Assembly: GCA_044356215.1 (NCBI GenBank) | Contig: JBIKWQ010000003.1 | Span: 953-64,952, forward strand | DNA: 64,000 bases | Direction of reading: 5' to 3' | Origin: Bdellovibrionota bacterium | Lineage (GTDB): Bacteria > Bdellovibrionota_C > UBA2361 > OMII01 | Shown here: in pieces, positions 1 through 10,106 of the stretch | Numbering within the stretch: the first letter of the stretch is position 1 | How the letters are laid out: the number at the start of each line of letters is the position of its first letter | Program-made: the position numbers and the translations under genes | Notes under the pieces: model-generated | What the model was told of the DNA's origin: nothing | Databases searched by the model: none | Seen by the model: the letters and a program-made list of their open reading frames with translations, nothing else

Positions 1-2345
1 TCCGCGAATACCGGAGGGGATACTCCGATACGAGCCGCCGCGTACTTAAGGTGCACGCGTAGACGTGGGAATAAGAGATCATATCCACGCTCAAAAGCGA
101 GAACTAATCCGAGCGGGCCACGACACAACGCGCGGATCTCGTCGATCTGGTCCGCGCTCACCCGAGACGCCGTAAGCAGACTCTCACGAGCTATAAAGAC
201 CTCTGGCATCAGCACCAGCGACATCCGCTCAATAAGTTCGTCCTCGAGCATAGGAGCCTCATGGGCCTTTAATATGAACTCATCCAAGGCGATAAAGTGG
301 ACGCGCTCAAATGATTCCCTAATAAACCGCACAAAAGTGGGGGGAAGATCGCTGAGCTCCTCGATATTAGATAGATCTTCGTGAATAGCGTTTACTAGTG
401 GCTGCAGTTCCACTCCCGCCAGCAGCAAATCAGCCATTTGAAACGCCTCCGATGAGAGACAGTTCCTAAGAGCATCACGCAGCGTCATGCGTGGATCCGT
501 CAATTCGAAGAAAGCTCTCTCGACCCTATTCCTCTGGTCATAAGTTAAACCACTTAAGAAATCTAAAACTGGGCGATCAAGTTCACCTACATCTGCATCC
601 TGGTCGATTAACTGCGCTAAGCTTACAGCGTCCTCCTCGTCATCCGCGCGACTCTTGTACTCCCACTGCCACACCGTTGGCTCGGGTTCGACTCCGCGAA
701 ATCGCGCTAAGACATCAATAGTTAATGACCAGCGGCCGTTTCCGCCCATATACCTATCGATTAATACGACGCGTCCCTGCTCGCTTAAAGAAGGAGACAC
801 CCGCTCTAATCTTCTCTTTATGACATCTTCCAAATTATCACCAAAGACTATCTGGTAAGCTTGCTGAACCGCCAAACACTCTCTCGGCTCTCGAAAATGG
901 AGTGGGGCTATGATCTCAAATAGATCTCCAGACACCGCGATCCGCTCCGCTATCACAAGCGCCACGCGGCGAGGATCAAATACGCGCCTCGAGATAAAAA
1001 GCCGGGGATCAAGCTCGTACCCGTAAACCTCTTGTAGGGCTCTGTTTGTGGAGTTAAAACGCTCGCTCGATAAGGCATCTACCCTCTCGGCTATTAATTC
1101 AAATGAATTAAGCACTCTGTGATGAATCGACATCCGATCACGCCACATCCGGCGCTTCTTGAAATGCCTTAAGAATGGTCCGATTCCTTGAGTGTGGTCA
1201 CGATCCACGGAATCTCGCGGATCGCTTAATGTGTCCTCGATCTCGTCTAGGTGCGTCTTTGGGAAGAGTATATGATGAATAGTCTCCGCCTCGAGATGTG
1301 GTGACCAGCCCTTTAAAACATCCGCGAGTCGCTCCTGATCAGCCTGAGAGAATATCCTCCTGACATGGGCCTCTAGCCCCTCGTCGCTATCTAAGGCATC
1401 TGGCCCAGCTAATTCAAGATACATCCGCTTAACAAGCGACATCTCCTCTACGCTCCGGCCCAAGAAGAGATATCGTAGCGCCCTCGCGTCATCACGGGCT
1501 CTAAAGGCCTGCGCGCGCTTCTGCTCTACTACCTCATTCTTACCGATACTCTTGCGAGCTGGCGCTTTAGCCTCACTAGTCTGCGCGTTTAAAAGGGCGT
1601 GCGCCTGCTTTGCTAGGCTTTTGAAGGGGATCTTTAAGAATTCATCACGAACAGCGACTAGCTGACTCTCTGTGCAATCAAGTAGGATATCAGCGATTCG
1701 TTGCTCCTTGTCAGCGTGAGGCCCGTTGTAAAGCACCCAAAGACTCTCAGCTACTTTTTCAACATCCATCCCGTGGGCTATCCGAGCGATCCGCTCCTCT
1801 CCTTCATGGCCAACTCGCTTTATGATCTGGTAAGAGATCTCAGGTCGCTCTCCTCGATCTCTAATCGGAGTGTAATAGTGCTCTGTAAAGAAATCGTTCG
1901 CTCGGTCTAGAATCTCCTTGGACTCTCGCGGAGATCTATCGGACAAAACCACATTAAATGCGCTTAAATAAAGATCTATATCAGTTTCGCGGCTCTTCTG
2001 AGCGAGTTGATAGATCTGATGAGCTAAAGCTTCCGCCAACTCTTGATGCTTCGCCTCATACTCTTGGCGCTCTTGGCGCGATCTTCTGCGCGGTGGATCC
2101 TGAGGAACAGGTGGAGCCTTCGCGATCTCTCGGATTCTATCTAGACCACCCTTAACTGAGAGTGGTCGATAGAACTGATCAAAGACCTCTCCTTCATACT
2201 GTAATCTGGCCGCGGAGGCCGCCTCTCGCTCGCGCTCTAAAGCCTCCTCGGCCTCTCTTCTCGCGAGATCTTCCACAGGGCCACTCTTAGGGGCGAGGAT
2301 CCCTTTCTTAAAAACGATCTTCTTGTCGCCTGATCCGTCTACCAT
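1..2345 (-). CDS. large hypothetical protein, N-terminal part (at least 780 aa in window; C-terminus lies beyond the window start); partner of the upstream tandem AAA+ ATPase
   Basis: The reverse-strand frame is open without stops from ATG at 2345-2343 through position 1. A GAGG Shine-Dalgarno lies about 9 nt upstream, and the start is 44 bp after the ATPase stop. My own translation begins MVDGSGDKKIVFKKGILAPKSGPVEDLARREAEEALERE. The ORF is missing from the supplied track because its stop codon is outside the window. The small plus-strand ORFs at 491-2155 sit inside it. I recognised no family. Confidence 0.6.
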   Translation of the reverse strand, partial: MVDGSGDKKIVFKKGILAPKSGPVEDLARREAEEALEREREAASAARLQYEGEVFDQFYRPLSVKGGLDRIREIAKAPPVPQDPPRRRSRQERQEYEAKHQELAEALAHQIYQLAQKSRETDIDLYLSAFNVVLSDRSPRESKEILDRANDFFTEHYYTPIRDRGERPEISYQIIKRVGHEGEERIARIAHGMDVEKVAESLWVLYNGPHADKEQRIADILLDCTESQLVAVRDEFLKIPFKSLAKQAHALLNAQTSEAKAPARKSIGKNEVVEQKRAQAFRARDDARALRYLFLGRSVEEMSLVKRMYLELAGPDALDSDEGLEAHVRRIFSQADQERLADVLKGWSPHLEAETIHHILFPKTHLDEIEDTLSDPRDSVDRDHTQGIGPFLRHFKKRRMWRDRMSIHHRVLNSFELIAERVDALSSERFNSTNRALQEVYGYELDPRLFISRRVFDPRRVALVIAERIAVSGDLFEIIAPLHFREPRECLAVQQAYQIVFGDNLEDVIKRRLERVSPSLSEQGRVVLIDRYMGGNGRWSLTIDVLARFRGVEPEPTVWQWEYKSRADDEEDAVSLAQLIDQDADVGELDRPVLDFLSGLTYDQRNRVERAFFELTDPRMTLRDALRNCLSSEAFQMADLLLAGVELQPLVNAIHEDLSNIEELSDLPPTFVRFIRESFERVHFIALDEFILKAHEAPMLEDELIERMSLVLMPEVFIARESLLTASRVSADQIDEIRALCRGPLGLVLAFERGYDLLFPRLRVHLKYAAARIGVSPPVFA

Positions 2346-2389
2346 TAATTGAAACCTCGTCGCCGCCAGCCAAACGCTCTTCAGTTAAA

Positions 2390-4582
2390 CTAGGCGTACT
2401 CCATTTCCATCCAAGCGCGCTCTCGTCGATCTCTATCGGGATCCTCAACGATATCCTGTAATATTAAACGCCCGAGTCTCGCGTATATTACATCAATCGT
2501 GGCGTTTTTTCCGTCTAGATGGAGTGGATCAAGGAAATCCGGATGGAATCTAAGCATATGATCCATTACCGCTCGATCGTGCTCTGATTTGGCGATCATA
2601 GCCCAAACGTTCTTTCCTACCCAGGCAAAATCCGCTGAATTCCAATCTAGCATCCGTTGAACGTAGTGTCCGATAGAGAGCAATTCCTCTGGAGCTGGTG
2701 GGCGCTCGAATTGATACGTTCCCTGGCTATTACGCATCCTATCAGCTATCCAAACCAAGTTATTAACCAACTGAGGAAGACAGTGTTTAGAGAGTACGCG
2801 CCTCTCAAGGGTTGAATCTAGGTAGCTCATCCGCATCGGATGAACACGTCGTAAGAATGCATCATCTAGTCTGCGATTGAAGTTTTTGGTGAAAATCACC
2901 AGAAGATTATCTACGTTACAGTCTATCGGAGGACGAGATTCCAACCAGATTCGGGCATCTTGGATCGGTCCTAGAAAGAACGTATCGATATGACCATCTA
3001 CTTTATCGATCTCATCTATTAGTAAGATCACCGGCTGATTCTGAGATTTCAAAAAGGCTCGCGACAGGATTCCAAGATTCATCAACTTCTCTTTGGCTTG
3101 CGTCTCCTGGCCCGCCATCGATGACGCGATCGCCAAAGCTGAGGGAACCTCGATCAGATGCGCAGTGTTCATCCCATTGTAACAGCTAAGACACATCAAC
3201 TCCGCGCCCGTCGCTTTAGCCAGGCATTTCGCCAAAAAGCTCTTACCGCAACCAGAGGGTCCCTCAAGGAGGATCGCTCGTACCCTGTCAGATGGAGATG
3301 TTAAAAGTAACGACATCTGAGTAGCTGTAAAGCGCGCGCATTGATATCCAACCGCGGCCAATCGCCGAGACATCTCCTCTGGATCAGAGAACTGAGTGAG
3401 CCCTATCTTTTCGGGCTTATAGGCTCTCCCGCGACGCTTCGCGTCTGGATCATCAATCACACCCTCTAACAGCCACCGACCTAAGCGGGCATAGATCTGC
3501 TCAATCGTCGCGTTTCTGTTGTCTGGCACCAATGGATCGGTGAAATCAGGATGATAACGCAGAAGCTGCTCAAAGACTGTGCGGTCATGCTCAGACTTTG
3601 CCAACATATAGAAGAGATTCTTCCCTACGAAGGCGTAATCGATCAGATCCCAGCTTAAAAGATGTGTTAAATAATGTGCCGCTTTTAACAACTCCTCAGG
3701 AGCCGGCGGCCGCTCGAAAGGATAGCTACCATCTGAGCCGCGCATTAAATCAGCTACGCGAATGAGATTCTCCGCTAATTTTGGCTTACAGTGCGGCGCT
3801 AAAACTCTGCGCTCTAAAGCGGAATCCATGAACTTCATGCGCAACGGATGCACGCGTCGCAGTAGCGCCTCGTTAATTGGGCGCTCGAAGTTCTTGGTGA
3901 ACATGATTAAAAGATTGTCTAAGTTAGCGTCGATCGCCTCACCAGACTCACGCCAAACTCTACCATCTTGAATCGGCCCCAAGAAAAACGTATCGATCGC
4001 CACATCAACTTTATCTAACTCGTCGATCAGCAATATAACCGGCTTCTGTCGCGACATCGCGAAGGCCTTAGAGATCGGCCCAAGATTCATCAAGTCATCG
4101 ACTTTCTGGTCAGAAGCGCGGCCTGTCATCGCGTTTACCATTCCCAGTGTCGACGGCATCTCGATTAAGTGTTGCAGGTTCATCCCCTTGAAACACTGGA
4201 TACACATCAACTCGGCGCCAGTAATCTTGGCTAACGATTTAGCCATGAAGCTCTTACCGCAACCGGATGGTCCCTCTAACAAGATACACTTAACACTGTT
4301 AACTCTGGTGTTGAGCAACAGCGACATCTGAACAGCGTAAAACGGTAAACAGTGATAGCCGACCTCTCCTAACTTAATCTCAAGCTCCTCAGGGGTTCCA
4401 ACGTCCTTAAATCCGACCTTTTCTGGAGCGTAATTAGAGTGGAAATTGGGGTTAACGATCCCAAGCTCGCTACCATCAGTCTTGGGCTCAAGATCATTAG
4501 CCGCGCCGCGATTACGGAACGTAATCTTGCGTTGTGGGGCTCCTGCGGTGCTTTCAGAGTTGTTGTCGTCTTCTAACGCCAT
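2390..4582 (-). CDS. tandem-duplicated AAA+ ATPase (MoxR/CbbQ/NorQ-like AAA_5 type; two complete ATPase units)
   Basis: 730 aa. Two roughly 365-aa halves are clearly homologous to each other. Each half has a Walker A motif (LLEGPSGCGKSF[ML]AK), a Walker B motif (ILLIDE[LI]DKVD) and a sensor region (NLL[IV][MI]FTKNF). The start is ATG at 4582-4580. Confidence 0.8.
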   Translation of the reverse strand: MALEDDNNSESTAGAPQRKITFRNRGAANDLEPKTDGSELGIVNPNFHSNYAPEKVGFKDVGTPEELEIKLGEVGYHCLPFYAVQMSLLLNTRVNSVKCILLEGPSGCGKSFMAKSLAKITGAELMCIQCFKGMNLQHLIEMPSTLGMVNAMTGRASDQKVDDLMNLGPISKAFAMSRQKPVILLIDELDKVDVAIDTFFLGPIQDGRVWRESGEAIDANLDNLLIMFTKNFERPINEALLRRVHPLRMKFMDSALERRVLAPHCKPKLAENLIRVADLMRGSDGSYPFERPPAPEELLKAAHYLTHLLSWDLIDYAFVGKNLFYMLAKSEHDRTVFEQLLRYHPDFTDPLVPDNRNATIEQIYARLGRWLLEGVIDDPDAKRRGRAYKPEKIGLTQFSDPEEMSRRLAAVGYQCARFTATQMSLLLTSPSDRVRAILLEGPSGCGKSFLAKCLAKATGAELMCLSCYNGMNTAHLIEVPSALAIASSMAGQETQAKEKLMNLGILSRAFLKSQNQPVILLIDEIDKVDGHIDTFFLGPIQDARIWLESRPPIDCNVDNLLVIFTKNFNRRLDDAFLRRVHPMRMSYLDSTLERRVLSKHCLPQLVNNLVWIADRMRNSQGTYQFERPPAPEELLSIGHYVQRMLDWNSADFAWVGKNVWAMIAKSEHDRAVMDHMLRFHPDFLDPLHLDGKNATIDVIYARLGRLILQDIVEDPDRDRRERAWMEMEYA

Positions 4583-4613
4583 AATCTTCTTCTTCAGTCC
4601 CTATATGATGTAA

Positions 4614-4630
4614 GTCCACAATAAGTGGAC
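4614..4630. promoter_or_regulatory. palindrome GTCCAC-N5-GTGGAC 32-48 bp upstream of the ATPase start; candidate operator
   Basis: Perfect 6-bp inverted repeat with a 5-bp spacer, read directly from the sequence. It lies in the promoter region of the minus-strand ATPase gene. Confidence 0.25.
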
Positions 4631-4763
4631 AAATGCTTCTTATTACTTTGCAGGGCGGGATATATATCTGTAATTATTGAACTTATCTTTTAGTTGGCGC
4701 ATAACTACAACTCCCTTTCATTTTAGCTGAAGCGAACAGACTCGTTCTTGAGATGATATCATC

Positions 4764-5108
4764 ATGACTGATAATCCAAATACCGCGCGTACAGACCGCC
4801 CCTACCGTTCTAAGAGAACCCAGAGGGGAGAGGCGGAGCTAATGACCTTTGGTATAGTGGTAGTGCTAGCCATTCTGTTCTCAGGCACCGTTTGGGTTCT
4901 TAATTGGGTCAAGCACAACAAGCACTCAGAGCGCGAAGCGCGAAAGCTTGCCGCTATCCTTGAGAAGAAGAAAAGTCAATTCTCAGGGCGTCGCGACCCC
5001 GCTGAGTATCTAGTCTTCTGCGACAAACCAGCGTGGTCTCTTCTTCAGACTAAATACAACTGCGAAGTCCTTCCAGAATCGTATGGGGAGCTGTTTTTGA
5101 TGCCCTAG
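4764..5108 (+). CDS. small hypothetical membrane protein (one predicted TM helix)
   Basis: 114-aa ORF with a hydrophobic stretch FGIVVVLAILFSGTVWVLNWV. It is followed within a few bp by a GC hairpin (GCTCGG..CCGAGC). I recognised no homology, so the coding status is uncertain. Confidence 0.3.
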   Translation: MTDNPNTARTDRPYRSKRTQRGEAELMTFGIVVVLAILFSGTVWVLNWVKHNKHSEREARKLAAILEKKKSQFSGRRDPAEYLVFCDKPAWSLLQTKYNCEVLPESYGELFLMP

Positions 5109-5202
5109 GCTCGGCTCCGAGCGTCAAAAGCTCGGTATCTCGATGTTTTGTTAGTAACGGCGCGTTCGCGCTGTTACCGATAGGGTGTCGCAGTTCTTTA
5201 TC

Positions 5203-5288
5203 ACCACAGAGGACGCAGAGGACACAGAGAACGGCCATTTTATCGGCAATTATAAGGTTTTCTCTGTGTCCTCTGCGTCCTCTGTGGT
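5203..5288. repeat. perfect 29-bp inverted repeat (ACCACAGAGGACGCAGAGGACACAGAGAA / reverse complement) around a 27-nt loop; large hairpin or cruciform-capable element
   Basis: Arms at 5203-5231 and 5260-5288 are exact reverse complements. No confident CDS overlaps them. A 29-mer inverted repeat is far beyond chance expectation in 64 kb. Confidence 0.6.
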
Positions 5289-5389
5289 AAAAAATATTTT
5301 ACTAATTGTCTCAGCAACTTACCAAAAACACTGCGACGCCCTGTGTTACCGAGCAAATAATCGCTTAGGCGAGGTCTTGCCTCGGCGCT

Positions 5390-5431
5390 AAGGCAAACAT
5401 CGCCGCAGCGATGTTTTGCCTTTCTTTATTC
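5390..5431 (+). terminator. rho-independent terminator (about 13-bp stem, 4-nt loop, then a TCTTTATT U-rich tail)
   Basis: The hairpin is AAGGCAAACATCGC-cgca-GCGATGTTTTGCCTT followed by tttctttatt. On the minus strand it has no U-tail, so it should act in the plus direction. It sits in a region with no confident CDS. Confidence 0.5.
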
Positions 5432-6152
5432 TAGCCCAGAATCTTCGATGCTGCTCTCCGCATTCTCAGCCGCACCCAGAGCCACCGGCGGAGGGGGGTC
5501 CGCAATCGGGACTTGATTCGCTACCGTCCCCTGCTCATGTGGTGTTATCACGACCAACACAATCGGCAGGCACGGTAAGTCCACCAACGCTGTCGCGTTT
5601 CGCTGCTCTACATAATTTGAGATTAACCACTGGAAATCGGGGTCGCCCAGTTCTTGAGAAAAAATAGCTCTAGCCATATATAACGCTCCTCCATGATCGC
5701 CGCGCCGAATCAACTACCTCCAAACGCGACAAGCGCTCACAACGTTTAACCACCTACTCTTCCACTAATCGTCGTTAGGCGGTATTTTGCGACACCAATC
5801 CTTGTGTCATGCGCCAAAAATTTACTTCTAAAACCAGGCTTAGAGGATCCGATCCCGCCGCCTTAAAGAGTTATTCGGCCTCAGTGCCTCCGCACTTAAG
5901 CTATTAGAAGTTCTAGCGGAAAATACCAAAACAGCAGAACCACCTGTAACCATTACACAAAATAGGTAGTATGGAAGATTCCAGTAGATAATAATTCTGC
6001 TTTAACCACGTTTAAATTACCGTGGCGCTGTGGGGCCATTTCTCCACTTTTCCAAGGGATAGATTGCATCAAACACCCCTAACCCTTGAGAAATATCCAT
6101 CAGAACCGTACACTGACCGTCCTCAGAAAAATGCCCTAAATCAAAGAAGTAA

Positions 6153-7481
6153 ATGCCCAGGAAAGATATTGAACCAGCAGTAGAGAGCGGAAACAACAAG
6201 GACCGTAGCTCACCGGCTATTTACGAGGCTGAACAGCATACGATCAAGAAGGGCGATATTGACGAAGATGCCCGCAAGGTTGTTTACCGATTGCAGCGCG
6301 CTGGATTCAAAGCATACATAGTCGGTGGTGGCGTTCGCGACATCCTCCTTGGTAAAACACCCAAAGACTTTGATATCTCAACTGACGCGACTCCGCGGCA
6401 GATAAAAGCTCTTTTTAGAAACTGTCGCATTATCGGTCGCCGCTTTAAATTAGCTCACATATTCTTCGGCAGCGGAAAGATCCTTGAGGTATCAACTTTC
6501 CGCGATACCGCAGATATTCCAGAGCCCGCCGAACCTGATACGAGCGCGGGGACAGTCGCGACTCCGATGGTTACAAACGATAATATTTACGGGACTGAGC
6601 AGACCGATGCCTTACGCAGAGATCTAACGATAAACGGTCTATTTCTTGATGTATCGACGATGCAGATCATTGATTACGTTGATGGGATGCTGGATCTACA
6701 ACAGGGAACTATTCGAATCATCGGCGACCCAGACCTTAGGTTTAGCGAAGATCCTGTTCGTATGCTCCGCGCTGTTCGACACTCCGCTAGAAATGGATTT
6801 CACATCGAGCCTGGTTGCTGGTCCTCTATCTTGAGGAACTCTCAATTGATCGCGCAGTGCTCACAGGTGCGCGTATTTGATGAGCTACGCAAAGATGTAA
6901 GCTCCGGATGTTTCTTAACGATCCTCTCGCTGCTTGGGGAAACAGGTCTACTTGAGTACATCCTACCCGAGCTATTAGAGAACAATAGTCGCTTACTTTC
7001 CGCTGAAAGTGATTGTAGCGTTTGTCTCGAAAAGGTCGATGATTTAGTGAATGAGGGCGGAGAGGTTTCAGCTACCACCGTCTTCGCTATTTTAGCGATG
7101 TTCATTGCGGGGGATTCGATCTGGCTGCGTGACCTTGCTGAATCTATTCCTAGCGCGCCTGATCTCGGTCAGAGATTAGGCGCGTGCTTCACACGGCTAA
7201 CAGTGCCGCGCAAAGAGCGTGAGCGGATTCAGATCCTATTAAGTATGTGGGGACGACTGCGAGATGCGTCTCCGAAATCTTTCAAGCCTGGCTCCTACAA
7301 GCGCTCGGCCCTTCTGCCCGACTTAATATCACTAGTCGAGATTACCCAGTTTACTCGAGAGGATTCCCAGAGACTGAACTTGTTAAAGGAGATGGCCGAT
7401 AGAGAATCGGATCAGCATAATCATTCCGAATACGAACGGAAATCAACCCCGGCAAGACGTAGGCAAAGCGGACCTAGATAG
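6153..7481 (+). CDS. pcnB: poly(A) polymerase I (class II nucleotidyltransferase)
   Basis: It carries the [17 protein letters not shown] nucleotidyltransferase motif and the PcnB-diagnostic [20 protein letters not shown] segment. The length is 442 aa. Confidence 0.8.
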   Translation: MPRKDIEPAVESGNNKDRSSPAIYEAEQHTIKKGDIDEDARKVVYRLQRAGFKAYIVGGGVRDILLGKTPKDFDISTDATPRQIKALFRNCRIIGRRFKLAHIFFGSGKILEVSTFRDTADIPEPAEPDTSAGTVATPMVTNDNIYGTEQTDALRRDLTINGLFLDVSTMQIIDYVDGMLDLQQGTIRIIGDPDLRFSEDPVRMLRAVRHSARNGFHIEPGCWSSILRNSQLIAQCSQVRVFDELRKDVSSGCFLTILSLLGETGLLEYILPELLENNSRLLSAESDCSVCLEKVDDLVNEGGEVSATTVFAILAMFIAGDSIWLRDLAESIPSAPDLGQRLGACFTRLTVPRKERERIQILLSMWGRLRDASPKSFKPGSYKRSALLPDLISLVEITQFTREDSQRLNLLKEMADRESDQHNHSEYERKSTPARRRQSGPR

Positions 7482-7485
7482 TTTT

Positions 7486-8217
7486 ATGTCGTCAATCACT
7501 CTTCAAACTAACAACGTGACCAAAAGCTATGGTGGGCGTAAGGTTGTAAACGGCGTATCAGTTTCAGTTAAATCTGGAGAGATAGTCGGTCTCCTGGGAC
7601 CAAACGGCGCGGGCAAAACAACCACCTTCTACATGTGTGTTGGACTAACCGCTCCTGACAGCGGAAGCGTTACATTAGCGGACCGCGATATCACTCGTGA
7701 GCCGATGTACTCACGCGCCCGCCTGGGGATCGGTTATCTGCCGCAAGAAGCCTCAGTTTTTCGCAAACTATCAGTGCGCGATAATATATTAGCTATCCTG
7801 GAGACGATGGATTTTGATTCCAAAGACGCTAGGGAAAGCCGACTACGGGAGCTTCTTGATGAGCTTGGGCTAAAGCACGTTGAGCACAGCATGGCGAGCG
7901 CCCTCTCTGGAGGTGAACGTCGCAGAGTCGAGATTAGCCGATGTTTAGCGCGCAATCCGATGTTCATCTTGCTCGATGAGCCGTTCGCTGGAATCGATCC
8001 ATTAGCGATTAAGGATATCCAAGATATCGTGTCGGCGCTGAAGAACAAAGGAATCGGGGTTTTGATTACTGACCACAACGTGCGAGAGACTCTCGGCATC
8101 TGCCACCGCTCTTACATACTGGTTGATGGCAAGGTTCTTGAGGAGGGAACGCCAGAGCACATCGCCTCATCAGAGAAGGCTCGTCGTTATTATTTGGGCG
8201 GTGATTTTAAACTCTAG
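7486..8217 (+). CDS. lptB: LPS export ABC transporter ATP-binding protein
   Basis: It has Walker A (GPNGAGKTT), the ABC signature ([11 protein letters not shown]) and Walker B (ILLDEP). It is 243 aa and lies directly upstream of rpoN, which is the conserved lptB-rpoN arrangement. Confidence 0.9.
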   Translation: MSSITLQTNNVTKSYGGRKVVNGVSVSVKSGEIVGLLGPNGAGKTTTFYMCVGLTAPDSGSVTLADRDITREPMYSRARLGIGYLPQEASVFRKLSVRDNILAILETMDFDSKDARESRLRELLDELGLKHVEHSMASALSGGERRRVEISRCLARNPMFILLDEPFAGIDPLAIKDIQDIVSALKNKGIGVLITDHNVRETLGICHRSYILVDGKVLEEGTPEHIASSEKARRYYLGGDFKL

Positions 8218-8422
8218 GGATCAGGGGTGAAACCCGTCTATCGGGACCCTCTATCTATACTATTGAAAACACCCATTATTTCAGATGCTTAGAGCGGACC
8301 GGCATCACATGGGACACTTTTTGCATAAGTATTTCACTTTAGCCGCCCCTTCTGGCTCACTTCGATCATCTATATCTCTAAGAATGAGTTAAAGTGGTTT
8401 AGCACTGAAGCAAACTGGCGTT

Positions 8423-9892
8423 ATGGGCTTAGAGAACAAGTTACTTCAAAAAATGGGGCAATCGCTCTTGATGACCCCACAGCTTCAGCAAGCTATCAAG
8501 CTGCTTCAGCTTGGACGCTTAGAGTATCAAGACGCGATCGAACGTGAGCTTTTAGAGAACCCATTCCTTGAAGAGATGCCAGAGGAGTTTGAGGGACGAG
8601 GGACACCACAATCTCCAGATCAGAATGATCCAGCCCCCACGGTTCTATCCGGGCCGCTGCAGAGCAATGAATCTACGCAAACCAGATCAGACTCACCCGA
8701 GCCACGTGCCGACTGGGATGACTACGCCGACTCCTTCACGGACTATCAGGGGTCCGCCTCAATTAAGGGGCACTCAAATTTCGACGATCGTCAACCGCCC
8801 GAGGTGGTTTCCACTCAATCAGAGACACTAGAGGCACATCTCCTCAGCCAGGTAAGAATGCAGGAGTTGACGAATCAAGACGCTCTGATAGCCAGACACA
8901 TCGCAGGAAACCTAAATCGTGATGGCTTATTAGAATGCGGCTATGGGGAGATAGCTGACGCCTGCTCTTGCGCGGCTGAGGATGTTATAGCGATCGCTGA
9001 CATAATGAGATTTATGGACCCTATCGGGTGCTGCACACGCTCACTTCAAGAGTGTTTATTAACTCAGATCGAGGCTATGGGATTGGCGGATGGTTTAGAG
9101 TTTAGGTTAATCAGGGATCACTTAGATAAACTAGAGAAACGGAAATACGAGGCGATCGCTAAGACCGAGGGTGTAACTCTTGATGCGATCAGTCGCGCCA
9201 TCAACACAATTAAATCGCTTGAGCCTCGACCTGGCCGACAATTCTCTGAGGAAACTGTGCGCTACATAGTACCAGACGCTTACGTTATTAAGGTAGGCAA
9301 TGACTTTGTTGTCTCATTAAACGAGGACGGCGTACCTAAGTTAAGGATTAATTCAACTTACTCCGATTTACTCAAGAATCCGGCCTATTCATCAGGTGAT
9401 AACAAAACCTACCTAAGCGAAAGAGCTCGCGCGGCTTCATGGTTAATTAAGAGCATTCAACAGCGTCAACAAACGATCTATCGGGTCACCGAAAGTATCG
9501 TTAAATTTCAGCGCGCTTTCTTCGAGAACGGGGTGTCTCACCTTAAACCTCTGGTATTGAAGGACGTCGCGGATGATATCGGGATGCACGAATCTACAGT
9601 TAGTAGAGTAACGACAGAAAAGTACATTCACACACCGCAAGGAACTTTTGAACTTAAATTCTTCTTTACCTCAAGTATTAAAACAGCTTCCGGAGGGGAT
9701 GTTTCCTCCTCTTCTGTAAAAGAGGAGATCAAGCAGATTATAGCCCAAGAATCACCTAGCAATCCGATTAGCGACCAACAAATTGTAACAATTTTAAAAG
9801 CTAAAAAGATCGATATCGCTCGGCGCACAGTCGCTAAGTATCGAGAGACGCTAGGAATTCCTTCTTCATCATTACGAAAGACGATCTTGTAG
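8423..9892 (+). CDS. rpoN: RNA polymerase sigma-54 factor
   Basis: It has the N-terminal Gln/Leu-rich region, a C-terminal HTH and the RpoN box (ARRTVAKYR). The length is 489 aa. Confidence 0.95.
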   Translation: MGLENKLLQKMGQSLLMTPQLQQAIKLLQLGRLEYQDAIERELLENPFLEEMPEEFEGRGTPQSPDQNDPAPTVLSGPLQSNESTQTRSDSPEPRADWDDYADSFTDYQGSASIKGHSNFDDRQPPEVVSTQSETLEAHLLSQVRMQELTNQDALIARHIAGNLNRDGLLECGYGEIADACSCAAEDVIAIADIMRFMDPIGCCTRSLQECLLTQIEAMGLADGLEFRLIRDHLDKLEKRKYEAIAKTEGVTLDAISRAINTIKSLEPRPGRQFSEETVRYIVPDAYVIKVGNDFVVSLNEDGVPKLRINSTYSDLLKNPAYSSGDNKTYLSERARAASWLIKSIQQRQQTIYRVTESIVKFQRAFFENGVSHLKPLVLKDVADDIGMHESTVSRVTTEKYIHTPQGTFELKFFFTSSIKTASGGDVSSSSVKEEIKQIIAQESPSNPISDQQIVTILKAKKIDIARRTVAKYRETLGIPSSSLRKTIL

Positions 9893-10106
9893 CTGATTAT
9901 GAAATATCCAATAAGCATGAGAGAAAAAATGCAGTCGATAAAAATTAACGCTGCTGCTGCCACTTTCCGTGCTATCATTAAATGAGCGAGGCGATTGCTC
10001 ACCTCCAAGGGGAGCAGATAAATCAGATGAATCTACAAACGCCGTTTAAAGACATCTATCCGCGCCCCTCTCTCATGGCGCAAAGATCTTCACTCTGTTA
10101 CGATCT

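Noticed and set aside
491-2155. Four plus-strand ORFs of 65-76 aa in the supplied track
   Set aside because: They lie antisense inside a 2.3-kb uninterrupted minus-strand reading frame (1-2345) and have no recognisable features.
5416-5713. Overlapping antisense ORF pair, 5416-5667 (+) and 5426-5713 (-)
   Set aside because: The minus-strand ORF needs a TTG start. Neither has recognisable motifs, and they overlap almost completely. I treated the region as probably non-coding (see the hairpin-rich region finding).
9628-10008. 126-aa minus-strand ORF downstream of rpoN
   Set aside because: It overlaps the rpoN 3' end antisense. It is hydrophobic and low-complexity with no motifs, so it is probably spurious.
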